Virus record (IMG/VR): IMGVR_UViG_3300021964_007165
Coordinates: 1-64,000 of that record
Source: a virus
Length of the DNA stretch: 64,000 nucleotides
Reading direction: 5' to 3' (one strand)
In this document: in pieces, positions 28,248 through 36,928 of the stretch
Layout of the letters: every line of letters starts with the position of its first letter
How positions within the stretch are numbered: the first letter of the stretch is position 1
The notes under the pieces: model-generated
Database searches by the model: none
What the model was told of the DNA's origin: nothing
The model's input: the letters and a program-made list of their open reading frames with translations, nothing else
Position numbers and translations under genes: made by a program

Positions 28248-28508
28248 TTACTTGTCCTTGCCGACAGTAACTACAAGTGTTTCAAGATCATCAAATTCGT
28301 CAGCAACTTTGTGCCAATCTGCTTTGTGTGCAATCTTAATTGCTTTATTGATCAAACTTGACTTTATATCAAGTTCTTGAGAAACTGCTTTCACGGTTTC
28401 TCTAAGTCCTTCTTGGAGATCTTCAATCTCTCTCATTACGTTTGCGCCTTCGTTAACCAATCTTTCGAGTTTGGCTTTTTCGTCTGGGCCGTATGTTCTA
28501 CTTGACAT
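28248..28508 (-). CDS. dsDNA-binding protein (T4 DsbA/GapR-like)
   Basis: 86-aa helical protein, EIEDLQE.L.E.VK....ELDIK...INKAIKI. Confidence 0.5.
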   Translation of the reverse strand: MSSRTYGPDEKAKLERLVNEGANVMREIEDLQEGLRETVKAVSQELDIKSSLINKAIKIAHKADWHKVADEFDDLETLVVTVGKDK

Positions 28509-28509
28509 C

Positions 28510-28932
28510 TTATTCTCCTTTGTAAGCGTCTAAAGTTTTTTGAAACTTACCTGCGTGTGATTTCTCTGCTTTTGCAAGTGTTTCAAACCAATCAGCAATT
28601 TCTTCAAAACCTTCTTCTCTGGCTGTTCTTGCCATACCTGGGTACATATCTGTGTACTCATGGATTTCACCTTTGATAGCAGAAGAAAGATTTTGCTCTG
28701 TATTACCCATAGGTTCGCCAGTTGCTGGATCACCTACTTCTTCTAAGTATTCTAAGTGACCGTGTGCATGACCCGTTTCACCTTCTGCTGTGCTTCTAAA
28801 TACCTGTGCTACTTCATTAGCACCTTCGATATCTGCTTTTTGAGCAAAGTATAAGTATCTTCTATTTGCTTCTGATTCGCCTTGAAATGCGGCTCTTAAA
28901 TTATCTTTTGTTTTGCTGTCTTTTAAGTCCAT
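28510..28932 (-). CDS. rubrerythrin (short form, no rubredoxin domain)
   Basis: [33 protein letters not shown] di-iron ExxH motifs. Confidence 0.9.
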   Translation of the reverse strand: MDLKDSKTKDNLRAAFQGESEANRRYLYFAQKADIEGANEVAQVFRSTAEGETGHAHGHLEYLEEVGDPATGEPMGNTEQNLSSAIKGEIHEYTDMYPGMARTAREEGFEEIADWFETLAKAEKSHAGKFQKTLDAYKGE

Positions 28933-28972
28933 AAATTACCTATAAGTTAATATATTTTTGTTAATGTATAGT

Positions 28973-29001
28973 ATTATATATTCGCTTAAGGTAGAAGTCA
29001 A
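28973..29001 (-). promoter_or_regulatory. sigma70-type promoter TTGACT-N17-TATAAT
   Basis: upstream of the rubrerythrin-to-polB run. Confidence 0.75.
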
Positions 29002-29006
29002 GTGTT

Positions 29007-29603
29007 TTATTGAGACATTGCAAATAAATCAAAATATTTTTTAGTCCACCATTTTTCATTTTCACGACTATCAAATACGATATTTTTGGTAGCAAAATGA
29101 TTTGGCCTTTCGCGATATCTCACTTTAACAGGTCCAGCATCGTGCCAAACATCTGCCTGTCGGTTTAATATAAATCCTCTTGGTGCAGTTGCTCCAAATC
29201 GTTTTTGAAAAGGTAATTGAGCAAAGTCTAAAATCCACTCTGGTGTGACTACTACTTGATGCGTAGCAACCATGCCTCCTTGTTCGTGGTCATTATGACC
29301 AACTTTTGCATTCCAACCTTTTGTAGGATGTTTAATATCTACTTCGTACTGTTTTACGTGTGCTTCAATTCCATGAAGCCTTAATATTCTTCGTAGTGTT
29401 TGTGACAGTAAGATACATTGGTTGCCAATTTCATACAGCATATCCATTTGATACATTCTGCAATACACTGTTACAAGTCTATAATCTAAATTGACAACAT
29501 CTTTACCAACGGCTAAACTATAATCCTCTGGAGCAAGATCCCAGTCTGGATCAAACTTCATAAGCGAGTTAAAGAGTACTCGACCTTGTTCGTCAACGTT
29601 CAT
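29007..29603 (-). CDS. transglutaminase-like (Cys-His-Asp) protein
   Basis: GNQCILLSQTLRRILRLHGIEA...THQVVV...WILDF; GGAGG RBS. Confidence 0.55.
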   Translation of the reverse strand: MNVDEQGRVLFNSLMKFDPDWDLAPEDYSLAVGKDVVNLDYRLVTVYCRMYQMDMLYEIGNQCILLSQTLRRILRLHGIEAHVKQYEVDIKHPTKGWNAKVGHNDHEQGGMVATHQVVVTPEWILDFAQLPFQKRFGATAPRGFILNRQADVWHDAGPVKVRYRERPNHFATKNIVFDSRENEKWWTKKYFDLFAMSQ

Positions 29604-29661
29604 TGTGTTCCTCCACAGTTAAACTTTTCGTTAACAATGAATGAACTGAACAAACTGTAAC

Positions 29662-29753
29662 GTCACCTTATGTAAAATAGTAACCTCTGTTTTGTCACCA
29701 GCCGTGTCGTACGCGAGCACTGTCACCAAAAGTAGGCGTTCCTATAAGTCACC
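29662..29753 (-). repeat. four GGTGAC direct repeats separated by short hairpin-forming spacers (candidate structured RNA leader)
   Basis: GTCACC on + strand at 29662, 29694, 29722, 29748, plus variant GTAACC at 29680. Confidence 0.6.
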
Positions 29754-29776
29754 GTCAATCAGTATTAACGTATAGA

Positions 29777-29783
29777 TATTTAT
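29777..29783 (-). promoter_or_regulatory. T4-late-like promoter core ATAAATA
   Basis: directly upstream of the GGTGAC repeats. Confidence 0.5.
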
Positions 29784-29793
29784 GATATTACAA

Positions 29794-30348
29794 TCAACTT
29801 GATAGTCGTTGTGATACTTTACTAACCAAGTACTCTAAAGATACGTCAGACCAAATATTATGTTCTTGTGCCTTATAATCGTATATAGGCATAATGCTTT
29901 TCATTTCAGGAATAAATTCTTTAGTAATTAAGTTTCCGATATATAAAGATTCATTAAACTTAGTTTCGTCACTTAGCGTAACGTCAAACAAAGTTGGACC
30001 ATTAAACATTAGGTGTTCGAATTCTACTGTATCTTTTGCTTGTATTTTTATTGGAAAAGGTCTTTGGATTAGTTCTTTTCCATTCCAAGTGAACAATGGA
30101 ATTTTAATAGGTTGATCAAATGTTACTTTGCCTTTCTTACCATTGATAATTGCAGGGTAATCTACTAAACATTTTTCTAAAGTAAGTGTACCTTCGATAA
30201 CTTCGATACGTACACTGTAACTGTCGTGTACAGTTGTTTCTGTTTCAAACTCGTAAATTAAATTTGCAGTGCATGATTCTTCTAATTTGTTGTTTATGAA
30301 AACTCTATATACAGCATCATCAGAGCCGTAAACTTTTAACTTCCGCAT
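29794..30348 (-). CDS. hypothetical protein
   Basis: 184-aa ORF with RBS. Confidence 0.6.
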   Translation of the reverse strand: MRKLKVYGSDDAVYRVFINNKLEESCTANLIYEFETETTVHDSYSVRIEVIEGTLTLEKCLVDYPAIINGKKGKVTFDQPIKIPLFTWNGKELIQRPFPIKIQAKDTVEFEHLMFNGPTLFDVTLSDETKFNESLYIGNLITKEFIPEMKSIMPIYDYKAQEHNIWSDVSLEYLVSKVSQRLSS

Positions 30349-30383
30349 AGTGTCCCTTTCAGTGTGTAAAAATACTTATGCGT

Positions 30384-31034
30384 TTATGTGTCGAGAGTCT
30401 CGTCTTTTGACTTGTATGCCCATTCGTCTGTGTGTCCTACACTCCACTTAGGTGTATTTTCAACTGTATAGTTTTGAGTGCATACTTTAAAGTCTGGAGT
30501 AAGTCTATCTGGATTTACAAGACTTTGATCTGTGAATACTACTCTATTGTTTGGTTGTGCGGCAAATTGTCCATTGTCTAATTTAATGATATTAAAAGTT
30601 TTGTGTTCAGGATCATGCTCGCTAAAATTAATATCAAGTGTTGAGTGTTGTGCGTGACAAGTATCAAGTGTAAACATATATTCACCCTTGTGCATCTTTC
30701 GGTCCTTGCCAAAGAACTCGCAGTCGCTGAGCATTGGCTTTTTGATCACTGTGATGTCATAGTCAAAGCAGTCCCATATCTGTAGAGTGTCAAGAGGAAG
30801 TTGATTGTCCTTATCATAATCTTCTTTCCACACAAATGCTGAGATGGGTAACTTGTCATATAGTGCGCCATACTCTAATAATAATGTTTCAAAGTACAAT
30901 GCTTTTGATTGTATACTTCTAATGCTTATCCAAGTGCCAGGTGTGAGTTCACCGTGTCCTTTTTGATGATCGTAGAGATATTCTTTTTTTACATATACTT
31001 CAACAGGTGGTAGATTATGCACTAAGAAAGCCAT
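30384..31034 (-). CDS. hypothetical phage protein
   Basis: 216-aa ORF, GAGGA RBS, ATAAATA at 31064-31070. Confidence 0.75.
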   Translation of the reverse strand: MAFLVHNLPPVEVYVKKEYLYDHQKGHGELTPGTWISIRSIQSKALYFETLLLEYGALYDKLPISAFVWKEDYDKDNQLPLDTLQIWDCFDYDITVIKKPMLSDCEFFGKDRKMHKGEYMFTLDTCHAQHSTLDINFSEHDPEHKTFNIIKLDNGQFAAQPNNRVVFTDQSLVNPDRLTPDFKVCTQNYTVENTPKWSVGHTDEWAYKSKDETLDT

Positions 31035-31104
31035 AAAGAGTCCTCTTTAAATTTGTTACAATGTATTTATGTGAAAGTGTTTAAGATATGAGTAGTTAAC
31101 TAAA

Positions 31105-31659
31105 CTACATCTTAACGCAGTTGTCTACAGTCTTGCCACCTTTTTTCTTGGTGCCCATACGCTTGTAGCCTTTCCAGCATACTTTGCCGTCAACGCCTTT
31201 TTGTTTTTCTTCTGGGAGTGTAGTGTAACTTGGATTGCCACATTCAGAGCAAATACCTAATTTGCTTTCTAACATAGATGCTAAAGATGATTTATAAGAT
31301 TCGTCTTTCTTTTCTTTTTTGTCTTTGATAGCCTTCTTCATTGGCTCTTTTTTATCGCCGTCTTTGTCAACGTCAAGAAAGTCTGGTTTAGATTTCTTTG
31401 CTTCTTGAACTTCATCAAATTTCTGTTCATAATCCATGTGATGATAAACTGAACTCATATAGTCAGCGGCCTTAGTAATTTTAGATTGAACCCATCCTTC
31501 AAGACCTTCTTTTTCAGTTACGCCTTTAAGCATTTCATGAAGTTTAATTGCATACTTTGCAACCTTGTATAATTCAGCACGAGCCATTTGTACTTCGTGA
31601 TCTGACTCAACTTTATATGCTAAATCTGCTAAACCTTCTTTTAGATCTTTTTGTCTCAT
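31105..31659 (-). CDS. modular hypothetical protein (putative internal head protein)
   Basis: short modules DHEVQMAR, PDFLDVDKDGDKKE, CSEC, CWKGY...NCVK. Confidence 0.65.
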   Translation of the reverse strand: MRQKDLKEGLADLAYKVESDHEVQMARAELYKVAKYAIKLHEMLKGVTEKEGLEGWVQSKITKAADYMSSVYHHMDYEQKFDEVQEAKKSKPDFLDVDKDGDKKEPMKKAIKDKKEKKDESYKSSLASMLESKLGICSECGNPSYTTLPEEKQKGVDGKVCWKGYKRMGTKKKGGKTVDNCVKM

Positions 31660-31660
31660 G

Positions 31661-32629
31661 TTAGTTCCTCTTTACGGTTTTACCGCCCATTAAATTATTT
31701 GACATATCTAAAGCATTAATTGTTGTACCATCTGCTTTTTTCTTTTGGGGTGCTTTAGGCATTCCCTTTGAATCTTTTGGTCTTTGTCCGTAAGCCATGC
31801 TTGGGTTAGCAACACTTGCAATATTACCTGCGGAAGTTGCTCCTGCTGTTGCAGTTTCTGTTTTAATACCAGCAAGTGCTTTCATTTCATTAGCAAAGTC
31901 CGATGCTTGATTTTGTTGCTGTGTAGAAGCACCTGATACTAATTTGGCTAATTGCATAATACTATCTGCTTCGTCAACTGGCTTGTCTTTTTCTAATGAT
32001 GCTTTACGCTTCATTAGTTCTTTTTTAAGTTCTGGATCTTTTGTTGTGTTTGGATCCGCTTGTAAATCTTGGATTGCTTTCTGTTTGGCATCGTAATCAT
32101 CTTTGTCTTTGGTAGGTGTATAGTTAGAAGATTCTGCGGGTCCTGCTTGAGCACCTTTTTCTGCTTGTTTCACTAACATCATAAACTTTTGACGCATTGC
32201 TTGATTACCAAGAATAGTTGTTAACTGCTTTGCAAAAGGAGCAATCTGTTTAGCAAGATTACCTTGTAATGCACCGCCTGATGCAAGTTTATCTAAACCT
32301 TTTGCCATCATAGCGCCTGAGCCGCCTTTTGCACCCATAGCCGCACCAGCCATTTTAGCACCTTGTGCTGTTTTTTGTTGTGCTTTAGGGTCAGCACCTG
32401 AAGCCATTCCTGCTACTTTGCCAGCAATGCCGCCTTGTTGTTGTGCCGCTGATTTAACATCGTCTTTTGAAGCACCTGTAGCATTTGCTACTGCGCCTAC
32501 AGCCGCATTAGCACCTTTTTGTGCTACTGCACCAGCCGCTTTTTTAACAGAGCCAGCCGCTTTTTCTGCACCTGTTTTTAATGCATTTAACGGATTTGCT
32601 TCGGTTGTTGTTAATTCTCTTAGTTTCAT
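31661..32629 (-). CDS. Ala/Gly/Lys-rich modular protein (putative internal head protein)
   Basis: MKLREL start, low-complexity modules. Confidence 0.65.
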   Translation of the reverse strand: MKLRELTTTEANPLNALKTGAEKAAGSVKKAAGAVAQKGANAAVGAVANATGASKDDVKSAAQQQGGIAGKVAGMASGADPKAQQKTAQGAKMAGAAMGAKGGSGAMMAKGLDKLASGGALQGNLAKQIAPFAKQLTTILGNQAMRQKFMMLVKQAEKGAQAGPAESSNYTPTKDKDDYDAKQKAIQDLQADPNTTKDPELKKELMKRKASLEKDKPVDEADSIMQLAKLVSGASTQQQNQASDFANEMKALAGIKTETATAGATSAGNIASVANPSMAYGQRPKDSKGMPKAPQKKKADGTTINALDMSNNLMGGKTVKRN

Positions 32630-32633
32630 ATTA

Positions 32634-34415
32634 CTATTTACCTTTTTTACCGCCCTTCATGTTAGCACACCAGTGGTACATTTTGCCTTTTTCACCACTG
32701 TATTTACGGGCCTTTGCTCTTAAACTACTTACTGATCCTTTGCAACTTGCACCTGCTTTTTTGACTCTTCCTGGTTTACTTTTGCCCTTCTTCTTGCCAT
32801 CCGCAAAGTTTTCAGTTATATTTTGAACATAATCATCAACCATGATAACACGAGCCATGTCTTTACCTTGTGTAGCAAGTGCATCATATCTATGATGCCC
32901 GTTGACTATTCTTCCTCTACGATCAACTACGATTGGTTCGTATGTATCTTCACGTACTCTCTTATATTGTTTTGTAAGTTTGCCAAAGTCTCTATCTTTT
33001 TGAACAGGCTTAATATTTGACAATTTCATTACACCTTGTTTGCCGTCTATATTCTTGCCTTTGATTTGTGGTGGCGGATTACCGTCAGTAGGTTCTGGAT
33101 CATAATTATGATCTTGATATCCACTTACATCACCTAATGAATATCCTAAACGTTTTAAATTTTTAACCATATGCTCGGCTTCTTTTTTGCCTCCAAAAAA
33201 GTTGATGTAAATATCTTGATCACCCATATTAACATTATCTTTGTCAACAGATTGCACATTTGCCATGTTGCGGCCTATTTTCATAAAGTCGTAATCTGTT
33301 GCATCACTATCAACTGCTACACTATTTTTTGGTAGTGGAAGTAGATCGCCTTCGTTGGCTTTGAAGTCTGATGAAAATGCTTTTTTATCACCTTTGGCCG
33401 CCGCGGCTCTTCTTGCTTTTATTTTATCTGCTACACTTTGTTCCTCTGGTGGACGTTTCTTCTTAATAGTTGCACGTTTAGGACTGCGACCAATAGTGAA
33501 TCCCATAATTTCATTTGTATCTTCTTCTGCTGGTTTTGTAAAATAATCTTTTAGATTTGAAGCCGTTCTTTCAAACTTATGATCCTTATGCTTGAATCCT
33601 ACACCACCTGCGCCTTCCCACTTACTAACATTTTGACCAAAGTCGTCAATTAATATGTTAGGAGTGCCATCTGGATTTTTTGCATATGCTTGTTTATCTG
33701 TAGTAATAATAACTTTCTTAGGAGGAAAAGCACTCAAGTTTTTCTTTACCCATTCACGTTTGTGTGGCTCTGCTCTATCATCATTTGCCAACGGAGCAGA
33801 TAGGATATTATATTCTCCTTTAATATTTTTAATTATACCTAACAATTTATCAGCATTTGCTGTCGGTTTTAGTTTAAGCCAAAAGTCATCTGTATCTCTA
33901 ATCTTTTGCAGTGCTTGGTCAACATTCTTAATTTGTTTCCAGTCGCTAACACCCATCATTTTAGTCCAAGCACCAAAGAAGTCTACCAGTACCCCATCCA
34001 TGTCAACGTAAATTTCTGAATCGCTTGAAAGTTCTTTACCTTTTAATTCGTTAACTTGACTTTCTTTTGCCATTTTAGTTGCTGTTGCATACATAACTGC
34101 TTCAGCATCTTTGCCGTAACGGTCTTTAAAATCGCCCTTAGACTTCTTCATACCTTTAACGTATTTTTCTTTTTTCTTTTCTTCGCCTTTAGTTAATGAA
34201 CGTTCTTCAACGCTTTCCGCCATACCTAAATTAAATAATACGTTTGTTTTAGAACCTTTTACCTTTTTGCTTAGTGTAGGCGGACGTCCGTCTTTGTCTA
34301 CAGTGTTTCCAAATTTTGCGGCTTGTTTTTTAATAGCATCAACGCCAACATCGGGTGTAGTATTAACACCCTTTACAACACGACCACCATTTTCTTTTAT
34401 TTCGCTAAACTTCAT
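32634..34415 (-). CDS. multidomain protein: 5'(3')-deoxyribonucleotidase-like HAD + ParB-like domain + small basic modules
   Basis: IYVDMDGVLVDF...ILIDD...W...GG.G; EPIVVD...IVNGHHRY.AL. Confidence 0.75.
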   Translation of the reverse strand: MKFSEIKENGGRVVKGVNTTPDVGVDAIKKQAAKFGNTVDKDGRPPTLSKKVKGSKTNVLFNLGMAESVEERSLTKGEEKKKEKYVKGMKKSKGDFKDRYGKDAEAVMYATATKMAKESQVNELKGKELSSDSEIYVDMDGVLVDFFGAWTKMMGVSDWKQIKNVDQALQKIRDTDDFWLKLKPTANADKLLGIIKNIKGEYNILSAPLANDDRAEPHKREWVKKNLSAFPPKKVIITTDKQAYAKNPDGTPNILIDDFGQNVSKWEGAGGVGFKHKDHKFERTASNLKDYFTKPAEEDTNEIMGFTIGRSPKRATIKKKRPPEEQSVADKIKARRAAAAKGDKKAFSSDFKANEGDLLPLPKNSVAVDSDATDYDFMKIGRNMANVQSVDKDNVNMGDQDIYINFFGGKKEAEHMVKNLKRLGYSLGDVSGYQDHNYDPEPTDGNPPPQIKGKNIDGKQGVMKLSNIKPVQKDRDFGKLTKQYKRVREDTYEPIVVDRRGRIVNGHHRYDALATQGKDMARVIMVDDYVQNITENFADGKKKGKSKPGRVKKAGASCKGSVSSLRAKARKYSGEKGKMYHWCANMKGGKKGK

Positions 34416-34630
34416 TTTTTACGTCCTCTAAATTGAGGCATACCGCCAGTCATGTGTGGCAAACTAAACCATAGTTTAAACCAATCTGGATCTCCAGGTT
34501 TAATTCCTTTTTCTCTTTCAATTTTTCTTTTTTCGGTTCCTGTAATAGATAGATTTTCATCTACAGGCTGTAATCCTTTAAAAGAGTATTCGCCAATACC
34601 TGCTAACTGTTTTAAAGTTTCTAAATCCAT
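34412..34630 (-). CDS. hypothetical protein
   Basis: 72 aa, LKQLAGI, IKPGDPDWFKLWF. Confidence 0.65.
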   Translation of the reverse strand: MDLETLKQLAGIGEYSFKGLQPVDENLSITGTEKRKIEREKGIKPGDPDWFKLWFSLPHMTGGMPQFRGRKK

Positions 34631-35601
34631 TATGCTGACGCCTTAAGTTCTGCTTTTAATTCTTTTTCTAATTCACTAACGTAACTGTTATCAGGTTTAA
34701 AGTTTTTAATTACCTCAGTCATTTCTTTTCTGGACTTGCCTTCTTTTTCTGCACTAACTAATTCATCATATAATTTTTTACCACCATATAATGCTATAGC
34801 AATACCAACTGCTGGCAAACCGTATTTTAATAATCCTTTTACAATAGGATGATCAATAATATCTTGTACAAATTCTATTGCATCTGATATCCAACTTATA
34901 CCTTTCCATGCAACTAATGAAAAACTAATTAGCCATTTGTTGTTCCATAAAAACTTACCAAGTGTTAGTGCATGTTTACCGTATTTTAATGTATTCATTA
35001 TTGCTGGTATAGCAAACTCATCTACTTGTTCTTCTTGTTTACCCCCAAGTATTGTTGATAAGTTATCAAACATTTTTTTAGCATAAGGTTGTGCAGACTT
35101 AGTTACACCTTTGCTAAATGCCTCAAAGTTATTATCCATAACTGCTTGACGCATTTTACTTGCACTCATCCCTGATGCATCATCTGCATCTGGATTACGT
35201 GAAAGTCTTTGAAATTTAATTTCTTCAAAGTCAAAGAACCCGTGATCTTTTTTAATACCGTTGTAATTTTCTAATAGTTTTCCTAACTTATCTTCACCTT
35301 CAAAGAATGTTACACTTCTGTAACCTCTTGCATATAAATCACTTGCGGCAAACATAATATTTTTAGATAATTCTATTTTAATATCTGGAAAACTTTTTCG
35401 TGCCCAATCTAATTTTTCATTTGGATTCAAAGGATCTGTTGGAAGTTTTGCGGCTCTGTCTGTCAAGAACAGTATTGCATCACCCGGACCTTGTTTAAGT
35501 GCTTCAACAAGTAAGCCGTGTCCTGTTGTAGCAGGATTTAATCTTCCTAAAGCAAAACTTACTTCTTTTTTTGGTGCTTCAAATAGTTCTCTCAAAAACA
35601 T
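34630..35601 (-). CDS. cytidyltransferase-like (HIGH-type nucleotidyltransferase) with hydrophobic C-terminal module
   Basis: GRLNPATTGH (HIGH-like), MSASKMR (KMSKS-like). Confidence 0.7.
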   Translation of the reverse strand: MFLRELFEAPKKEVSFALGRLNPATTGHGLLVEALKQGPGDAILFLTDRAAKLPTDPLNPNEKLDWARKSFPDIKIELSKNIMFAASDLYARGYRSVTFFEGEDKLGKLLENYNGIKKDHGFFDFEEIKFQRLSRNPDADDASGMSASKMRQAVMDNNFEAFSKGVTKSAQPYAKKMFDNLSTILGGKQEEQVDEFAIPAIMNTLKYGKHALTLGKFLWNNKWLISFSLVAWKGISWISDAIEFVQDIIDHPIVKGLLKYGLPAVGIAIALYGGKKLYDELVSAEKEGKSRKEMTEVIKNFKPDNSYVSELEKELKAELKASA

Positions 35602-35930
35602 TAGTACTCGCCTTGTTTAAATCCGTCTACTTCTTCTTCGTAAATTTGTTCAGCAAGTCCTTTTCGTTCGTCCATTGTAATTAAATCTTCTGGATTACCT
35701 GCAATATCAAATTTCTTAATATAATCATTAACACCTTGGTTTACCATAGGTAAAATAATTTCTAAGGCTTTATTAGAATCACCATTGTTATAGCAGTCTT
35801 GACATTTTGCCATAGTCGGGTAGTACATCTGTCTATAAAATCTTGTATCGTCTCGCATGTGACAAAGTAAGTCACTTGGAACATCATATGAAGGATTGTC
35901 TTCTCTACCTAAAATATCATCAAATTTCAT
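35601..35930 (-). CDS. hypothetical protein
   Basis: 109-aa ORF from ATG 35930. Confidence 0.6.
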   Translation of the reverse strand: MKFDDILGREDNPSYDVPSDLLCHMRDDTRFYRQMYYPTMAKCQDCYNNGDSNKALEIILPMVNQGVNDYIKKFDIAGNPEDLITMDERKGLAEQIYEEEVDGFKQGEY

Positions 35931-35931
35931 G

Positions 35932-36594
35932 CTACCACTTCCTGCAAGACCAATATCTTGCCTTATGTCTCGGACCTGGATTATCACAGTTGTGTCTTGC
36001 TCTAAAACTTCTGCGTCTTGCCGGGTTAGACTTTTTAATTTTCATATTAGGATCACCAAAGTTAACTTTTACTACATTACCTTTTGGATTCTTAACATAC
36101 ACTTTAAACTTCTTAACATCACCACGCATTGGCTTGCCAAGTTTTACTTTACGTCCTTGATACTCTGCTTCGTCTACAATTTCGTCTTCGTTAAACCATA
36201 GTTCGCCGTATGCATTATAAAAGTCGTCACCGTCATATGTTTCTTCGTCGATGTTAGAAAGTTCTTTGATTCTATCTAATTCGTCTGCTTCACCATATGG
36301 ATCTTCTGCTTCTGTGCCACATTTTACACACTTGTCACCATAATGCATTCCACTGTCTTCACCTTGGTCCATTAACAAATTATCCAATGCACCTTGACCG
36401 GTTTCGCCATCTGCTACAAGATCTTGATTGTCTGCTTCCCAGTCATCGATGTATTCTTGTTTTTCTTGTGGAGTCATTGAGAATTCATTTTCATCGCCAC
36501 ACTTTTTGCAGTTCCAAGTATATGCATAATCATCTTGTTCTTCTGCAACTTCGTTGACAGTTTCAGCAAGATAATCTCTAAATGTTTTAGTCAT
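35932..36594 (-). CDS. modular protein: acidic CxxC region + basic C-terminal domain
   Basis: CKKC...CVKC; AEYQGRKV...RRSFRARHNC...YWSCRKW; ATAAATA at 36623-36629. Confidence 0.7.
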   Translation of the reverse strand: MTKTFRDYLAETVNEVAEEQDDYAYTWNCKKCGDENEFSMTPQEKQEYIDDWEADNQDLVADGETGQGALDNLLMDQGEDSGMHYGDKCVKCGTEAEDPYGEADELDRIKELSNIDEETYDGDDFYNAYGELWFNEDEIVDEAEYQGRKVKLGKPMRGDVKKFKVYVKNPKGNVVKVNFGDPNMKIKKSNPARRRSFRARHNCDNPGPRHKARYWSCRKW

Positions 36595-36650
36595 ATGATA
36601 GTCCCTTTATACGTATATAAAGTATTTATCACAGTTTGTCAACTAAAAGA

Positions 36651-36920
36651 TTATACAGAGATTTCGATATCGAACTTGTCAAATCCTAAATCAAACAGTC
36701 TATTTGCTATTCTTTCTGCAACAGCGTTAGATTCTGCTTCATCTAACTGTTTGTGGGTATCTATTGTAAGTATAGTTTCGCCCTTGTCAGACTCAAATAC
36801 TTCGTATAGTGCTTCAGATTCGGTTAGTGCTTCGTCTGTGCAATTCAGCACTTGTTCGGCAATAATAGCATCAACATCTTCTTGTTTGCCTTGCCACACA
36901 ATATTAATAAAATTACTCAT
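36651..36920 (-). CDS. hypothetical acidic protein
   Basis: 89 aa, AGGAG RBS. Confidence 0.65.
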   Translation of the reverse strand: MSNFINIVWQGKQEDVDAIIAEQVLNCTDEALTESEALYEVFESDKGETILTIDTHKQLDEAESNAVAERIANRLFDLGFDKFDIEISV

Positions 36921-36928
36921 AACTACTC

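Noticed and set aside
29615-29650. CtrA (TTAA-N7-TTAA) or alphaproteobacterial LexA (GTTC-N7-GTTC) box
   Set aside because: TTAA spacing is 8 nt and the LexA-like site has a mismatch; both are plausible by chance in AT-rich DNA
29662-29753. CRISPR mini-array interpretation of the GGTGAC repeats
   Set aside because: Repeats are only 6 nt, spacers 20-26 nt, and there are no cas genes in the window
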